Part shown: positions 16,313-23,674 of the stretch, piece after piece
Layout of the letters: every line of letters begins with the position of its first letter
How positions within the stretch are numbered: position 1 is the stretch's first letter
IMG/VR virus record: IMGVR_UViG_3300033076_000428
Span: 1-37,504 of that record
Source of the DNA: a virus
Lineage: Duplodnaviria > Caudoviricetes
Strand: one strand, 5' to 3'
Length of the DNA: 37,504 nt
Program-made: the position numbers and the translations under genes
Notes under the pieces: generated by a model
The model's database searches: none
Seen by the model: the letters and a program-made list of their open reading frames with translations, nothing else
Told to the model about the DNA's origin: nothing

Positions 16313-17260
16313 ATGACCACTGAGATCATCAACTTTCAAACCGAGCAAGAGTGGCTCGACCTGCGCAAGCAAGACATCACCAGCACTGATGTGGCCGCGC
16401 TGTTCAACTTGTCGCCCTACAAGACTGAGTTCGAGCTGTACCACGAGAAGCTCGGCAACCCTGCCGCATTCAAGTCCACCGAGCGCATGCGCTGGGGCAA
16501 CCGCCTCGAGTCGGCCATCGCTTATGGCGCAGCCGAAGACCACGGCTTCAACGTGCAGCCTCTCAAGGTCTACATGCGCAACCCAGACCTGCGCATCGGC
16601 TCGAGCTTTGACTTTGAAATCCTGTCCGAGCAGCACGGTCGCGGCATCATGGAGATCAAGAACGTCGATTCACTGATCTACAAGCGCAACTGGACTGATG
16701 ACGGCAACGGCAACATCGAAGCGCCCGAACACATCGAGCTGCAAGTGCAGCACCAGATGGAAGTCAGCGGGTACGAATACTGCGCCATCGTTGCATTCGT
16801 CGGTGGCAACAGCACCAAGATCGCATACCGCCGCCGTGACCATGAGATCGGCAAAGCGATCCGCAGCAAGGTCGAGCAGTTCTGGCAGCGCATCGAGGCC
16901 AAAGAAGCGCCCAGCGCCGATTACACCAAAGACGCTGACCTGATCGCGCAGCTCTACAGCCAAGTCAACAAGGGCGAGCTGATCGACACCAAAGACGACG
17001 ATGTGCTTGCCAACCTCGTTGAGCAGTACCGCGATGCCAAGCAGTCGCAGGCTCACTTCGAGAAGATGGCCGAAGGCTTCAAGGCTCGCATCCTCGAGCG
17101 CGTCAAAACTGCGGAGAAGATCATCAGCCCTTTTGGTTCAATCAGCTTGGGCATGGTGAAGGACACGCCACCCAAGCTCATCACCGCCGGCATGGTCGGC
17201 ACATCCGTAGGCGGTCGCGCAGGCTACCGTAGTTTCAAGTTCACCCCCGTCAAACAGTAA
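16313..17260 (+). CDS. YqaJ-like (lambda exonuclease family) recombination exonuclease
   Basis: EWLDLRK..ITSTDVAAL, WGNRLE, SFD...MEIKN, QVQHQM motifs; adjacent to recT. Confidence 0.92.
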   Translation: MTTEIINFQTEQEWLDLRKQDITSTDVAALFNLSPYKTEFELYHEKLGNPAAFKSTERMRWGNRLESAIAYGAAEDHGFNVQPLKVYMRNPDLRIGSSFDFEILSEQHGRGIMEIKNVDSLIYKRNWTDDGNGNIEAPEHIELQVQHQMEVSGYEYCAIVAFVGGNSTKIAYRRRDHEIGKAIRSKVEQFWQRIEAKEAPSADYTKDADLIAQLYSQVNKGELIDTKDDDVLANLVEQYRDAKQSQAHFEKMAEGFKARILERVKTAEKIISPFGSISLGMVKDTPPKLITAGMVGTSVGGRAGYRSFKFTPVKQ

Positions 17261-17270
17261 GGAGAAAACC

Positions 17271-18068
17271 ATGACATCAACCGCACTCACCCCAATGGAA
17301 GCCATGCGAGGCACGCTCACCAAGATGAACGCAGAGTTCAAGGCTGCGCTGCCTCCACAAATCCCCGTGGACAAGTTCATTCGCACCACACTGACCGCAA
17401 TCCAGATGCAGCCAGACCTAATCGACACCGACCGCCGCAGCTTGCTGGGCGCGTGCATGAAGGCTGCGCAAGATGGATTGATCCCCGATGGCCGCGAAGC
17501 TGCTCTGGTGATCTTCCGCAGCAAGGAAGGCCCAAAGACCCAGTACATGCCAATGGTCGGTGGCATCCTCAAAAAGATGCGCAACAGCGGCGAGATCGCC
17601 AGCATCAGCGCCCATGTGGTCTACAGCAACGACAAGTTCGACTATTCGCTGGGCGACGACGAGCAGATCACGCACAAGCCTTTGCTCGGTGGTGACCGTG
17701 GCCGAGCCATCGCTGTGTACGCCATTGCAAAGACCAAGGACGGCGCGATCTACCGCGAGGTGATGTCTGTCACCGAGGTCGAGAAAGTACGCGCTGCAAG
17801 CCGCGCCAAGGACTCTGGCCCGTGGGTGCAGTGGTGGGACGAGATGGCACGCAAGACTGTCATTCGCCGCATCGCCAAGCGCCTGCCATCCAGCGCCGAT
17901 GTCGATCAGGTTTTCGAGAACGACAACGAGACGTTTGTGCAGCAGGGCACGACCATCGACATCACGCCGCCTGCGCCAAGCCTCGAGAACCCAGCCGAGC
18001 CATCGCGCTTGAAGGCTGCAATCGACGCAGAGACTGGAGAGATCAAAACAGCAGGGGAGGCAGCATGA
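17271..18068 (+). CDS. recT: RecT family single-strand annealing protein
   Basis: SLLGACMKAAQDGL.PDGREAALV...PW..WWDEMARKTVIRR..KRLP. Confidence 0.93.
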   Translation: MTSTALTPMEAMRGTLTKMNAEFKAALPPQIPVDKFIRTTLTAIQMQPDLIDTDRRSLLGACMKAAQDGLIPDGREAALVIFRSKEGPKTQYMPMVGGILKKMRNSGEIASISAHVVYSNDKFDYSLGDDEQITHKPLLGGDRGRAIAVYAIAKTKDGAIYREVMSVTEVEKVRAASRAKDSGPWVQWWDEMARKTVIRRIAKRLPSSADVDQVFENDNETFVQQGTTIDITPPAPSLENPAEPSRLKAAIDAETGEIKTAGEAA

Positions 18069-18280
18069 AGCACACACCTTGGTTTCCTTGCGACATCAAG
18101 CCCGTGCGCGTTGGCCCTTACCAAACACGGGTGGACGACACCGAAGGCGGTGTCAGCTTCAATTACTGGAATGGCGCTTGCTGGCTGACCACCACAGACG
18201 GCCCAAGTGAACCATTTTCAAAACGCGCCTCAATGATTCAAGAAATTGAATGGCGTGGGCTGACGAAGGAGGCTGCATGA
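18065..18280 (+). CDS. Hypothetical protein (TPWFP..IKPVR.G.Y...WRGL type, 71 aa)
   Basis: GGAGG RBS; ATGA coupling. Confidence 0.72.
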   Translation: MKHTPWFPCDIKPVRVGPYQTRVDDTEGGVSFNYWNGACWLTTTDGPSEPFSKRASMIQEIEWRGLTKEAA

Positions 18281-18450
18281 AGCCCAAGCAGTGGGGCTGG
18301 TACTGGGTCTACCACGACCAGCTCCCTCACTACTTCAAGATCGTGACCGTGTCGCTCTACGACGACGAAAACAAACAGACCTACAAACACCTTGGACTCA
18401 TGGCCGTCGATGAATTTGGCGACCTCTTTTTGATCGGAACAAAGAAATGA
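18277..18450 (+). CDS. Hypothetical protein (57 aa)
   Basis: AGGAGG RBS; ATGA coupling. Confidence 0.62.
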   Translation: MKPKQWGWYWVYHDQLPHYFKIVTVSLYDDENKQTYKHLGLMAVDEFGDLFLIGTKK

Positions 18451-18839
18451 AAAAAGTCGAATACAAGAGCCGCCCTTGGCTCATCCTCCAACTGCTGCGT
18501 GAGGGTGGCGCACAGCCCCGTGCATCGCTCACTGACACCGAAGACAAGGACGGCAACAAGGCCATCGGTGATTTGCTGCGCGGCCACCTGATCAACGTGC
18601 TGCCAGACGGCAACCTTGCCATCACCTTTGTTGGCATTCGCCGCCTGCGTGAAGCCAACACCCAGAGCAATGGCCTTGGCGTTGTCGGCAAGCGCACCAT
18701 CAGCGCAGGCACGACCACCGAGCCATACGATGGCCGCGAGCTGCGCCGCACCTGCTTGCGTGCTGGCGCGTATGACGCATTCGAGTTGCCCAGCTTGATC
18801 GGCAACCAGTTGCACTATCGTCGGGAGATCAGAGCATGA
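18447..18839 (+). CDS. Hypothetical protein, possible winged-helix N-terminus, C-terminal YDG.EL...R.GA.DA..LPS motif
   Basis: 130-aa ORF coupled to both neighbours. Confidence 0.72.
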   Translation: MKKVEYKSRPWLILQLLREGGAQPRASLTDTEDKDGNKAIGDLLRGHLINVLPDGNLAITFVGIRRLREANTQSNGLGVVGKRTISAGTTTEPYDGRELRRTCLRAGAYDAFELPSLIGNQLHYRREIRA

Positions 18840-19027
18840 GCCAGACACTGACAACCGAGCAGCTCGCCGTGCGTTGGAACATGCAGCGCAAGACGATCTA
18901 CAACTGGCGCATCGCCAAGAAGGGGCCACCCTTCATCAAGGTAGGAGGAGGGCGCAACGGCAAGGTGCTGTACCGCCTCGAGGACATCGAGAAGTGGGAA
19001 GCTGACCGCACGAAAGGGGTGGCGTGA
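18836..19027 (+). CDS. Excisionase/AlpA-like HTH DNA-binding protein
   Basis: LTTEQLAVRW...TIYNWR...GPPFIK.G...VLYRLEDIEKW. Confidence 0.85.
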   Translation: MSQTLTTEQLAVRWNMQRKTIYNWRIAKKGPPFIKVGGGRNGKVLYRLEDIEKWEADRTKGVA

Positions 19028-19149
19028 TGGACGACAAAATTTGCATCTGCGGCCCATCGTTCTGGGATGTGGTCTTGCTGGTCGGCGCAGGCTTCATCAT
19101 GGGCATCGCGCTGTGTGTGTTCCTCGATCTTGTGGTGGTGTGCAAATGA
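19027..19149 (+). CDS. 40-aa membrane peptide MDDKICICGPSFWDVVLLVGAGFIMGIALCVFLDLVVVCK
   Basis: TGATG overlap upstream and ATGA overlap downstream; hydrophobic. Confidence 0.6.
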   Translation: MDDKICICGPSFWDVVLLVGAGFIMGIALCVFLDLVVVCK

Positions 19150-19424
19150 GTGTCGCTGCCACATCCATCGAGAACTACCGCGAGCATAAGAGCAGCGGCA
19201 AGCTGGGCAAGCAGGCACAGTCGCTGGTCAAGTTCCTCGCGCTGCACACCAACCGCGACTGGTCGCGTGCAGAGCTGGCGCAGGCCACGGGCATGCAGCT
19301 CTCGAGCGTGTGTGGCCGTGTCAACGAGCTGATCCACACCATGCACGTTGAGCCAGCACCACCTCGCAAGTGCTTCATCACTGGCAAGAAGGTGAACCCT
19401 GTGCGCTTGCGTGGGCTGTTCTGA
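19146..19424 (+). CDS. Winged-helix DNA-binding protein (92 aa)
   Basis: SRAELAQATGMQLSSVCGRVNEL...RKCFITG. Confidence 0.75.
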   Translation: MSVAATSIENYREHKSSGKLGKQAQSLVKFLALHTNRDWSRAELAQATGMQLSSVCGRVNELIHTMHVEPAPPRKCFITGKKVNPVRLRGLF

Positions 19425-19476
19425 CACCCACAACATCTAGTGCGAATTTCGCAACGCTGATGGTGGTATCGCATCA
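19417..19476. repeat. Three tandem 19-bp operator-like sites (20-21 bp period)
   Basis: TGTTCT-N7-ACAACA (19417), TAGTGC-N7-GCAACG (19438), TGATGG-N7-GCATCA (19458). Confidence 0.55.
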
Positions 19477-19479
19477 CAC

Positions 19480-19504
19480 AAAAAAAGCCCCACCGAAGTG
19501 GGGC
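19480..19504 (-). terminator. Rho-independent terminator ending the late/lysis operon
   Basis: GCCCCAC-TTCG-GTGGGGC followed by T7 on the minus strand (cUUCGg tetraloop). Confidence 0.9.
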
Positions 19505-19533
19505 CAAGGCTCCTGCACAGAGGAGGGAGACAA

Positions 19534-19989
19534 TCAGGCTGCGTGGTACTCAGCTTCTGTCATGATGCCGACCTTGTATTTGTTCTCAGGTCGGAAGATG
19601 GTCAGCTTCTGCTGGCGCATCTCTGGTGCGAAGCTGATGTGCATCCAGCGTCCAAACTCGTGGATCATCTGGTCGTACTTCATGCCCAGCTCTTCAACCT
19701 TATGGCAGAGCTGGATAGGGGTCAACGATGTACTCGAGACATCAATCGCCCAACCGTCCATGTGGCTCGATACTTTGCTGCCACCAACGGCCACGTTGAC
19801 ATCAGGCAGGCGCAGCCAAGAGTTGACACGCAAGGGGCCAACAGCAACGCGCAGCTTCTCGAGCTGGGCTGCTGCATGCTTCATGTTCTCGAGCTGCAAT
19901 GTGCTGGGCTGGTTTGGAATGCCCATGCGCACAGCAGTCTCGCTGTAGGTCGCCTCTTCAAGCGTGAAGTGTTCACTCAGTTGCATCAT
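19534..19989 (-). CDS. Endolysin, peptidase M15A (Peptidase_M15_3) family
   Basis: LSEHFTLEE...SWLR...VN.AVGG...SSHMDGWAID...HE...WMHISF zinc-peptidase motifs. Confidence 0.88.
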   Translation of the reverse strand: MMQLSEHFTLEEATYSETAVRMGIPNQPSTLQLENMKHAAAQLEKLRVAVGPLRVNSWLRLPDVNVAVGGSKVSSHMDGWAIDVSSTSLTPIQLCHKVEELGMKYDQMIHEFGRWMHISFAPEMRQQKLTIFRPENKYKVGIMTEAEYHAA

Positions 19990-20465
19990 TTTCCTTTCGT
20001 TGAAAGCTCGTCTCGAGCTGTGTTGTAAAAATCAATCAGGGCGTTGAGCTGTCTGATGGCTTCGTCGCCTTCTGCTGCGATGGCGACAAGAGATCGAGCA
20101 GCTTGTTGGTCAATTTCGCATCGCGCTTTGCTCCCAGCTCTGGGGGCAGGGGCGGGGCTTCTGGCGGGTTGAACACTGCTACAGGCGATTGACAGCCGCA
20201 CAGCACCAGACACAATGTCATCGTTGAGACGAGTGATTTCAGCTTTGGCATCGTCTTGCACTTTCCTTAGTTCGTTTGCTTGGTCGGCCACCTTCTGATT
20301 GAGCTTGCGCTCAGTGTCTCTGGCCTCTTCGTTGAGCCGAGCGATCTCGGCCTGCTGCTCGAGGTACGCATCGTGGTGGCCCTTGTAGTAGCCACCGCCG
20401 AGCGCACTGGTGACCAGCATCGTGATGCCGATCAACACCCACGGGTTAAACAGGCTTGGCATCAT
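19986..20465 (-). CDS. Rz: Rz-like inner-membrane spanin
   Basis: N-terminal TM segment, coiled coil, G.VRLSI..., EGDEAIRQLNA; embeds an Rz1-like gene. Confidence 0.85.
   Translation of the reverse strand: MMPSLFNPWVLIGITMLVTSALGGGYYKGHHDAYLEQQAEIARLNEEARDTERKLNQKVADQANELRKVQDDAKAEITRLNDDIVSGAVRLSIACSSVQPARSPAPAPRAGSKARCEIDQQAARSLVAIAAEGDEAIRQLNALIDFYNTARDELSTKGK
20036..20251 (-). CDS. Rz1: Rz1-like outer-membrane lipoprotein spanin, embedded in Rz
   Basis: Lipobox LCGC followed by Pro-rich PPEAPPLPPEL; alternate frame within Rz. Confidence 0.8.
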   Translation of the reverse strand: MPKLKSLVSTMTLCLVLCGCQSPVAVFNPPEAPPLPPELGAKRDAKLTNKLLDLLSPSQQKATKPSDSSTP

Positions 20466-20838
20466 CGCCGTCCTCTTGGTTGACGATCACCGTCTGCGTG
20501 ACAGTTTTCTCAGGTGAGGGATCAGAAACAGGTGAACCCGAAGAAGCAGGTGCTGGCGGTGTGGACATCGCCTTCGCGCCAAGGATGATTGCCAGCACAG
20601 AGAAAATCTGCACAGCGATCAGCTCGAGGATGCGGTAGTTTTGCTTGTCAGCAGGGGCCATATCGAGCATTGGCTGCTCAGTGAAGACAACGCTGTACGC
20701 CAGCAGCGCCGCGATCATCACAAGAATGCAAACGAAACCGCGAATGATCAGCTTCTTGTTGTTGGATTCGATCTGCTCTGGCGTTGGCGCTGGGCCACGC
20801 CACGCATCGACGTATTCCTTAAACTCACTTGGGGTCAT
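20446..20838 (-). CDS. Two-TM membrane protein (holin candidate)
   Basis: Two hydrophobic helices around a QPM..MAPAD loop; in the lysis cluster. Confidence 0.65.
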   Translation of the reverse strand: MTPSEFKEYVDAWRGPAPTPEQIESNNKKLIIRGFVCILVMIAALLAYSVVFTEQPMLDMAPADKQNYRILELIAVQIFSVLAIILGAKAMSTPPAPASSGSPVSDPSPEKTVTQTVIVNQEDGDDAKPV

Positions 20839-21013
20839 GGTTCCTTCTCCTCAAATACTCGGGGCATGTTTGGGTGGCCTCGCAAATCGGTGGCTTGCAG
20901 TCTTCGGCTTCCCAGTTCTTTGGGTCTTGGCAGTGATACCTGTAGCGCTCTTCGCAACCTGATGCGATAAACGCAGCACACAGCGCAAGACTAATCACCA
21001 GTGCTTTTTTCAT
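20825..21013 (-). CDS. Small Cys-rich lipoprotein
   Basis: MKK signal, lipobox IASGC, mature part CEERYRYHCQDPKNW...CKPPICEATQTCP; GAGG RBS. Confidence 0.8.
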   Translation of the reverse strand: MKKALVISLALCAAFIASGCEERYRYHCQDPKNWEAEDCKPPICEATQTCPEYLRRRNHDPK

Positions 21014-21311
21014 TCGTCCTCTCTTTCTTGAGTTCCTCTTTCAACTTTTGCAGCTCGCGCTTCTCGGCCTTGATCTCGGCCCTGATTTGCGACTGCAACT
21101 TCATGTGGTCAACGACCAACAACATCGACAACGGCAGTGCCAAGAACAGCACCAGCGACAGAATGACTACGGCAGCGATAAACCATCGGGTGTCTTCACG
21201 AGCCATCCGACTGATAGCAGCGTTGCCCAAATCCACAGAAGAAGCACCGCCACCCAGACCATTGCCATTGCTCGGTCGATACGATGATTGCGTAGGAGGT
21301 CGCGTTGCCAT
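20991..21311 (-). CDS. Single-TM coiled-coil membrane protein overlapping the upstream gene
   Basis: TM segment WFIAAVVILSLVLFLALPLSMLLVV then a Lys/Glu-rich coil; start uncertain. Confidence 0.6.
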   Translation of the reverse strand: MATRPPTQSSYRPSNGNGLGGGASSVDLGNAAISRMAREDTRWFIAAVVILSLVLFLALPLSMLLVVDHMKLQSQIRAEIKAEKRELQKLKEELKKERTNEKSTGD

Positions 21312-21943
21312 GACTCTTGGTGCTTTCGGATTCTGAACCGCTCACGCGCTGCACTCTGGGCATCACGCACTTCGTCGAGCTTCTCGGCGAACTGCTCGCG
21401 CACAGAACCCAGTCTGCGCGGTGCGCCTGCCATCAGCTCTGACAGCTCCATCGCCATGTCGTTGATGCGTCGCTCGTAGCGGATCAGTTCAATCGCAGCC
21501 CTCCTGTTGTTTTGCTTTGGGTTCCAGACGTTCAAGATCTTTTCGCGCTCATCTGAGATCGCATCGAGGATCACCGTCTGGGCCTCTACGAAGTTGGTGA
21601 AGTGGGTGAGGAAGGTCTCAATGACATCGTCCTCGCTTGGGCCATCGCTGCTGGCAGCTTGTACGGGCGCGGCAGCACTGGCCTCAACTTCTCGCTTGGG
21701 TTCTGCAACGGGTACGGCCAGCGCTGTGGGCTTGGGCTTGACGCTGCCAAAGAGCTTTTGCAGCCAAGACCAAAAGCCAGTGACCTCTTTGTAGATGGCC
21801 TGCGCTGACTCGACACCTTTCTTGATGTCGCCCGTGACCGCTTGAAGTTCTCCCTTGCCTTCGTTGAGCATGTCCACGCAGGATCGAATCCCTGCGAGAG
21901 CGAGCTTTGCAACTTGGAAGGCAGCGTAGAACTCTGGCCCCAC
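21167..21943 (-). CDS. Helical protein with a C-terminal TM anchor (258 aa, GTG start)
   Basis: GPEFYAAFQVAKLALAGIRSCVDML...C-terminal AMAMVWVAVLLLWIWATLL; starts 1 nt after the upstream stop. Confidence 0.7.
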   Translation of the reverse strand: MGPEFYAAFQVAKLALAGIRSCVDMLNEGKGELQAVTGDIKKGVESAQAIYKEVTGFWSWLQKLFGSVKPKPTALAVPVAEPKREVEASAAAPVQAASSDGPSEDDVIETFLTHFTNFVEAQTVILDAISDEREKILNVWNPKQNNRRAAIELIRYERRINDMAMELSELMAGAPRRLGSVREQFAEKLDEVRDAQSAARERFRIRKHQESWQRDLLRNHRIDRAMAMVWVAVLLLWIWATLLSVGWLVKTPDGLSLP

Positions 21944-21944
21944 A

Positions 21945-22184
21945 TCACGCAGCCTTGTCTTGCTTGTTGTCCAGCTTGTCGAAGATCTGGCGCAGCAGAT
22001 CTTTGATCTCACGCATGTCGTCCTTGTAGTCGCCCTTCTGGACGTACTCCTTGGGCAGCTCGTTGGTCAGTGCCTCGATCTTGTCTTCGGCCTTTTGCAG
22101 GCGCTGGGTCAGTGCATTGAGAATCCACATGGCCAGACCTCCTGCGATGGCGACGGCGATGTTGAAGATAACTTGGGTGTCCAC
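21945..22184 (-). CDS. Single-TM coiled-coil protein (holin/antiholin-like), GTG start
   Basis: IFNIAVAIAGGLAMWIL TM segment; LPKEYVQKGDY...IFDKLDNKQDK; GAAAGG RBS. Confidence 0.72.
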   Translation of the reverse strand: MDTQVIFNIAVAIAGGLAMWILNALTQRLQKAEDKIEALTNELPKEYVQKGDYKDDMREIKDLLRQIFDKLDNKQDKAA

Positions 22185-22195
22185 ATGGGCCTTTC

Positions 22196-22489
22196 TCAAC
22201 CGTGTGAGCGGTGCTCACCAGATTGTGCGTGAGCAGCCATTGCAGCGGCAATACGCGCTTGCTCGGCTTGGTAGGCTGCGATCACCTCTGGAGTCCACGC
22301 TGCCTGCGCGATCGCCACGACTTGCGCTGGCTGACCTGTGAGGTCTTGCGCTGGGGGCAGCGATGTGCGGTGGAATGTCTGCGCGATCTGCTCGCCATCT
22401 TTGAGGATGCGAGTTGCTTCGCGGTACAAGACTGTTCCGTTTTCAGTGACGGTGATTTGGTCAATGACTTTGGTTTCTGTGAGTGACAT
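22196..22489 (-). CDS. Tail-fibre-associated small protein (possible chaperone)
   Basis: IDQITVTENG..LYREATRI..DG.....FHR...AAWTPEVIAAY; follows the DDYEEG fibre gene; AAAGGA RBS. Confidence 0.75.
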   Translation of the reverse strand: MSLTETKVIDQITVTENGTVLYREATRILKDGEQIAQTFHRTSLPPAQDLTGQPAQVVAIAQAAWTPEVIAAYQAEQARIAAAMAAHAQSGEHRSHG

Positions 22490-22505
22490 GGTGTGTTCCT
22501 TTTGA

Positions 22506-23270
22506 TTAGACGAAATACGAGCCAGTGATCCAGAAAGAACTTACTGCCCCAAAACTAGATTGAGTTAAGTTTCCGTCTTGGCCAGTAGTTGTTGTGGTGA
22601 AATTCAGGTCGATAGCATTTCCTTCTACGTTCGGAGCAAGGTAAGTGCCAGCAGATAACGTAACAGAACCACCCGCCACATAATATGATGCGGCGAAGAA
22701 CCCATTTATTCCATTGCTTCCAGTTGTGAATGGAAGACCCAAAATTTGTGCAGTTCCTGTGCTAGACCCTTTGTTTGTGCAGTTAATTAAACAAGCAAAC
22801 GTTACGACGTTCCCGACCTTGGTGTATTTGCCACCGAATGAGCCAATCATGCCCACATTGTTGCCGCCAAACTTGAGTGCGGGAGTCCAAGTCCCTTCCT
22901 CATAATCATCCAGCGTATTTGCGTCAGAGGATGGGTTTTGAGTTGCTGGGAATTTGAGCTGACCGTTAAGCAGTTGCACCACGCCGTTCACATCCAGCTT
23001 GAACGATGCCGAGCCAACGCTTGCCGTGGCGCCTGCTGTACCGCTTGCCACTGGGTAATAGAAGAACTCACCACCAGATTGCGAGATCAGCGATGCAGCG
23101 CCATTCGCGATGTAGCGCCAGCTCGTGCCATCGTGGTAGAGGTTGTTCGCAGAGACAGTGTTCACTGCATTGTGACCAAACGCGGCCAAGCCGCTTTGCA
23201 TCGCTTTGTACGGTGCGCCCCAAGAGTTTGGGTCGCCGATCATGTCAATGGGTGCTTTAGTGAGTGCCAA
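22506..23270 (-). CDS. Secondary tail fibre / receptor-binding protein (DANTLDDYEEGTWTP motif), TTG start
   Basis: DDYEEGTWTP...YTKVGNVV...GLPF fibre-tip pattern. Confidence 0.75.
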   Translation of the reverse strand: MALTKAPIDMIGDPNSWGAPYKAMQSGLAAFGHNAVNTVSANNLYHDGTSWRYIANGAASLISQSGGEFFYYPVASGTAGATASVGSASFKLDVNGVVQLLNGQLKFPATQNPSSDANTLDDYEEGTWTPALKFGGNNVGMIGSFGGKYTKVGNVVTFACLINCTNKGSSTGTAQILGLPFTTGSNGINGFFAASYYVAGGSVTLSAGTYLAPNVEGNAIDLNFTTTTTGQDGNLTQSSFGAVSSFWITGSYFV

Positions 23271-23289
23271 ACATCGGCCCTGCCTTTCT

Positions 23290-23664
23290 TTAAATCTCTA
23301 CTGTTTTCCAAGACAAGGTGGCCTCGTCCCAGTTGTAAATGCCATCTGTCGGCATTGGTGTTGGTGGCTTCCACAAACAAGTGGCCTCATCCAGCACCCA
23401 TGAAGGAAACGGTTTTGGCGCGATAAACGCATCTCGGTTGCGATCATACGTTCCACCAACGTGGGCGTAGTTTTTACGCAGAGCCTTGCTTTGATCTTCC
23501 GATGGGTTGCCTGTTTGTGGGTCGTAGTGAACACCGCCAAACGTGTTGTAGCTCGTCTGAATCCAAGACGAAGGATCACCAACTGACCCCGAGTTGATGA
23601 AGTCCTGCTCGGCCACGATGACCTGCGTGACGATGTCGTTTTCAATTTTTGCAAAATGCGCCAT
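23290..23664 (-). CDS. MAHFA-type tail-associated protein (124 aa)
   Basis: MAHFAKI...WIQTSYN...RKNYA..G.TYD..RDAFIAPKPFPSW.LDE..C.W..P.P.P...WDE. Confidence 0.8.
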   Translation of the reverse strand: MAHFAKIENDIVTQVIVAEQDFINSGSVGDPSSWIQTSYNTFGGVHYDPQTGNPSEDQSKALRKNYAHVGGTYDRNRDAFIAPKPFPSWVLDEATCLWKPPTPMPTDGIYNWDEATLSWKTVEI

Positions 23665-23674
23665 CTGCCCCGCC

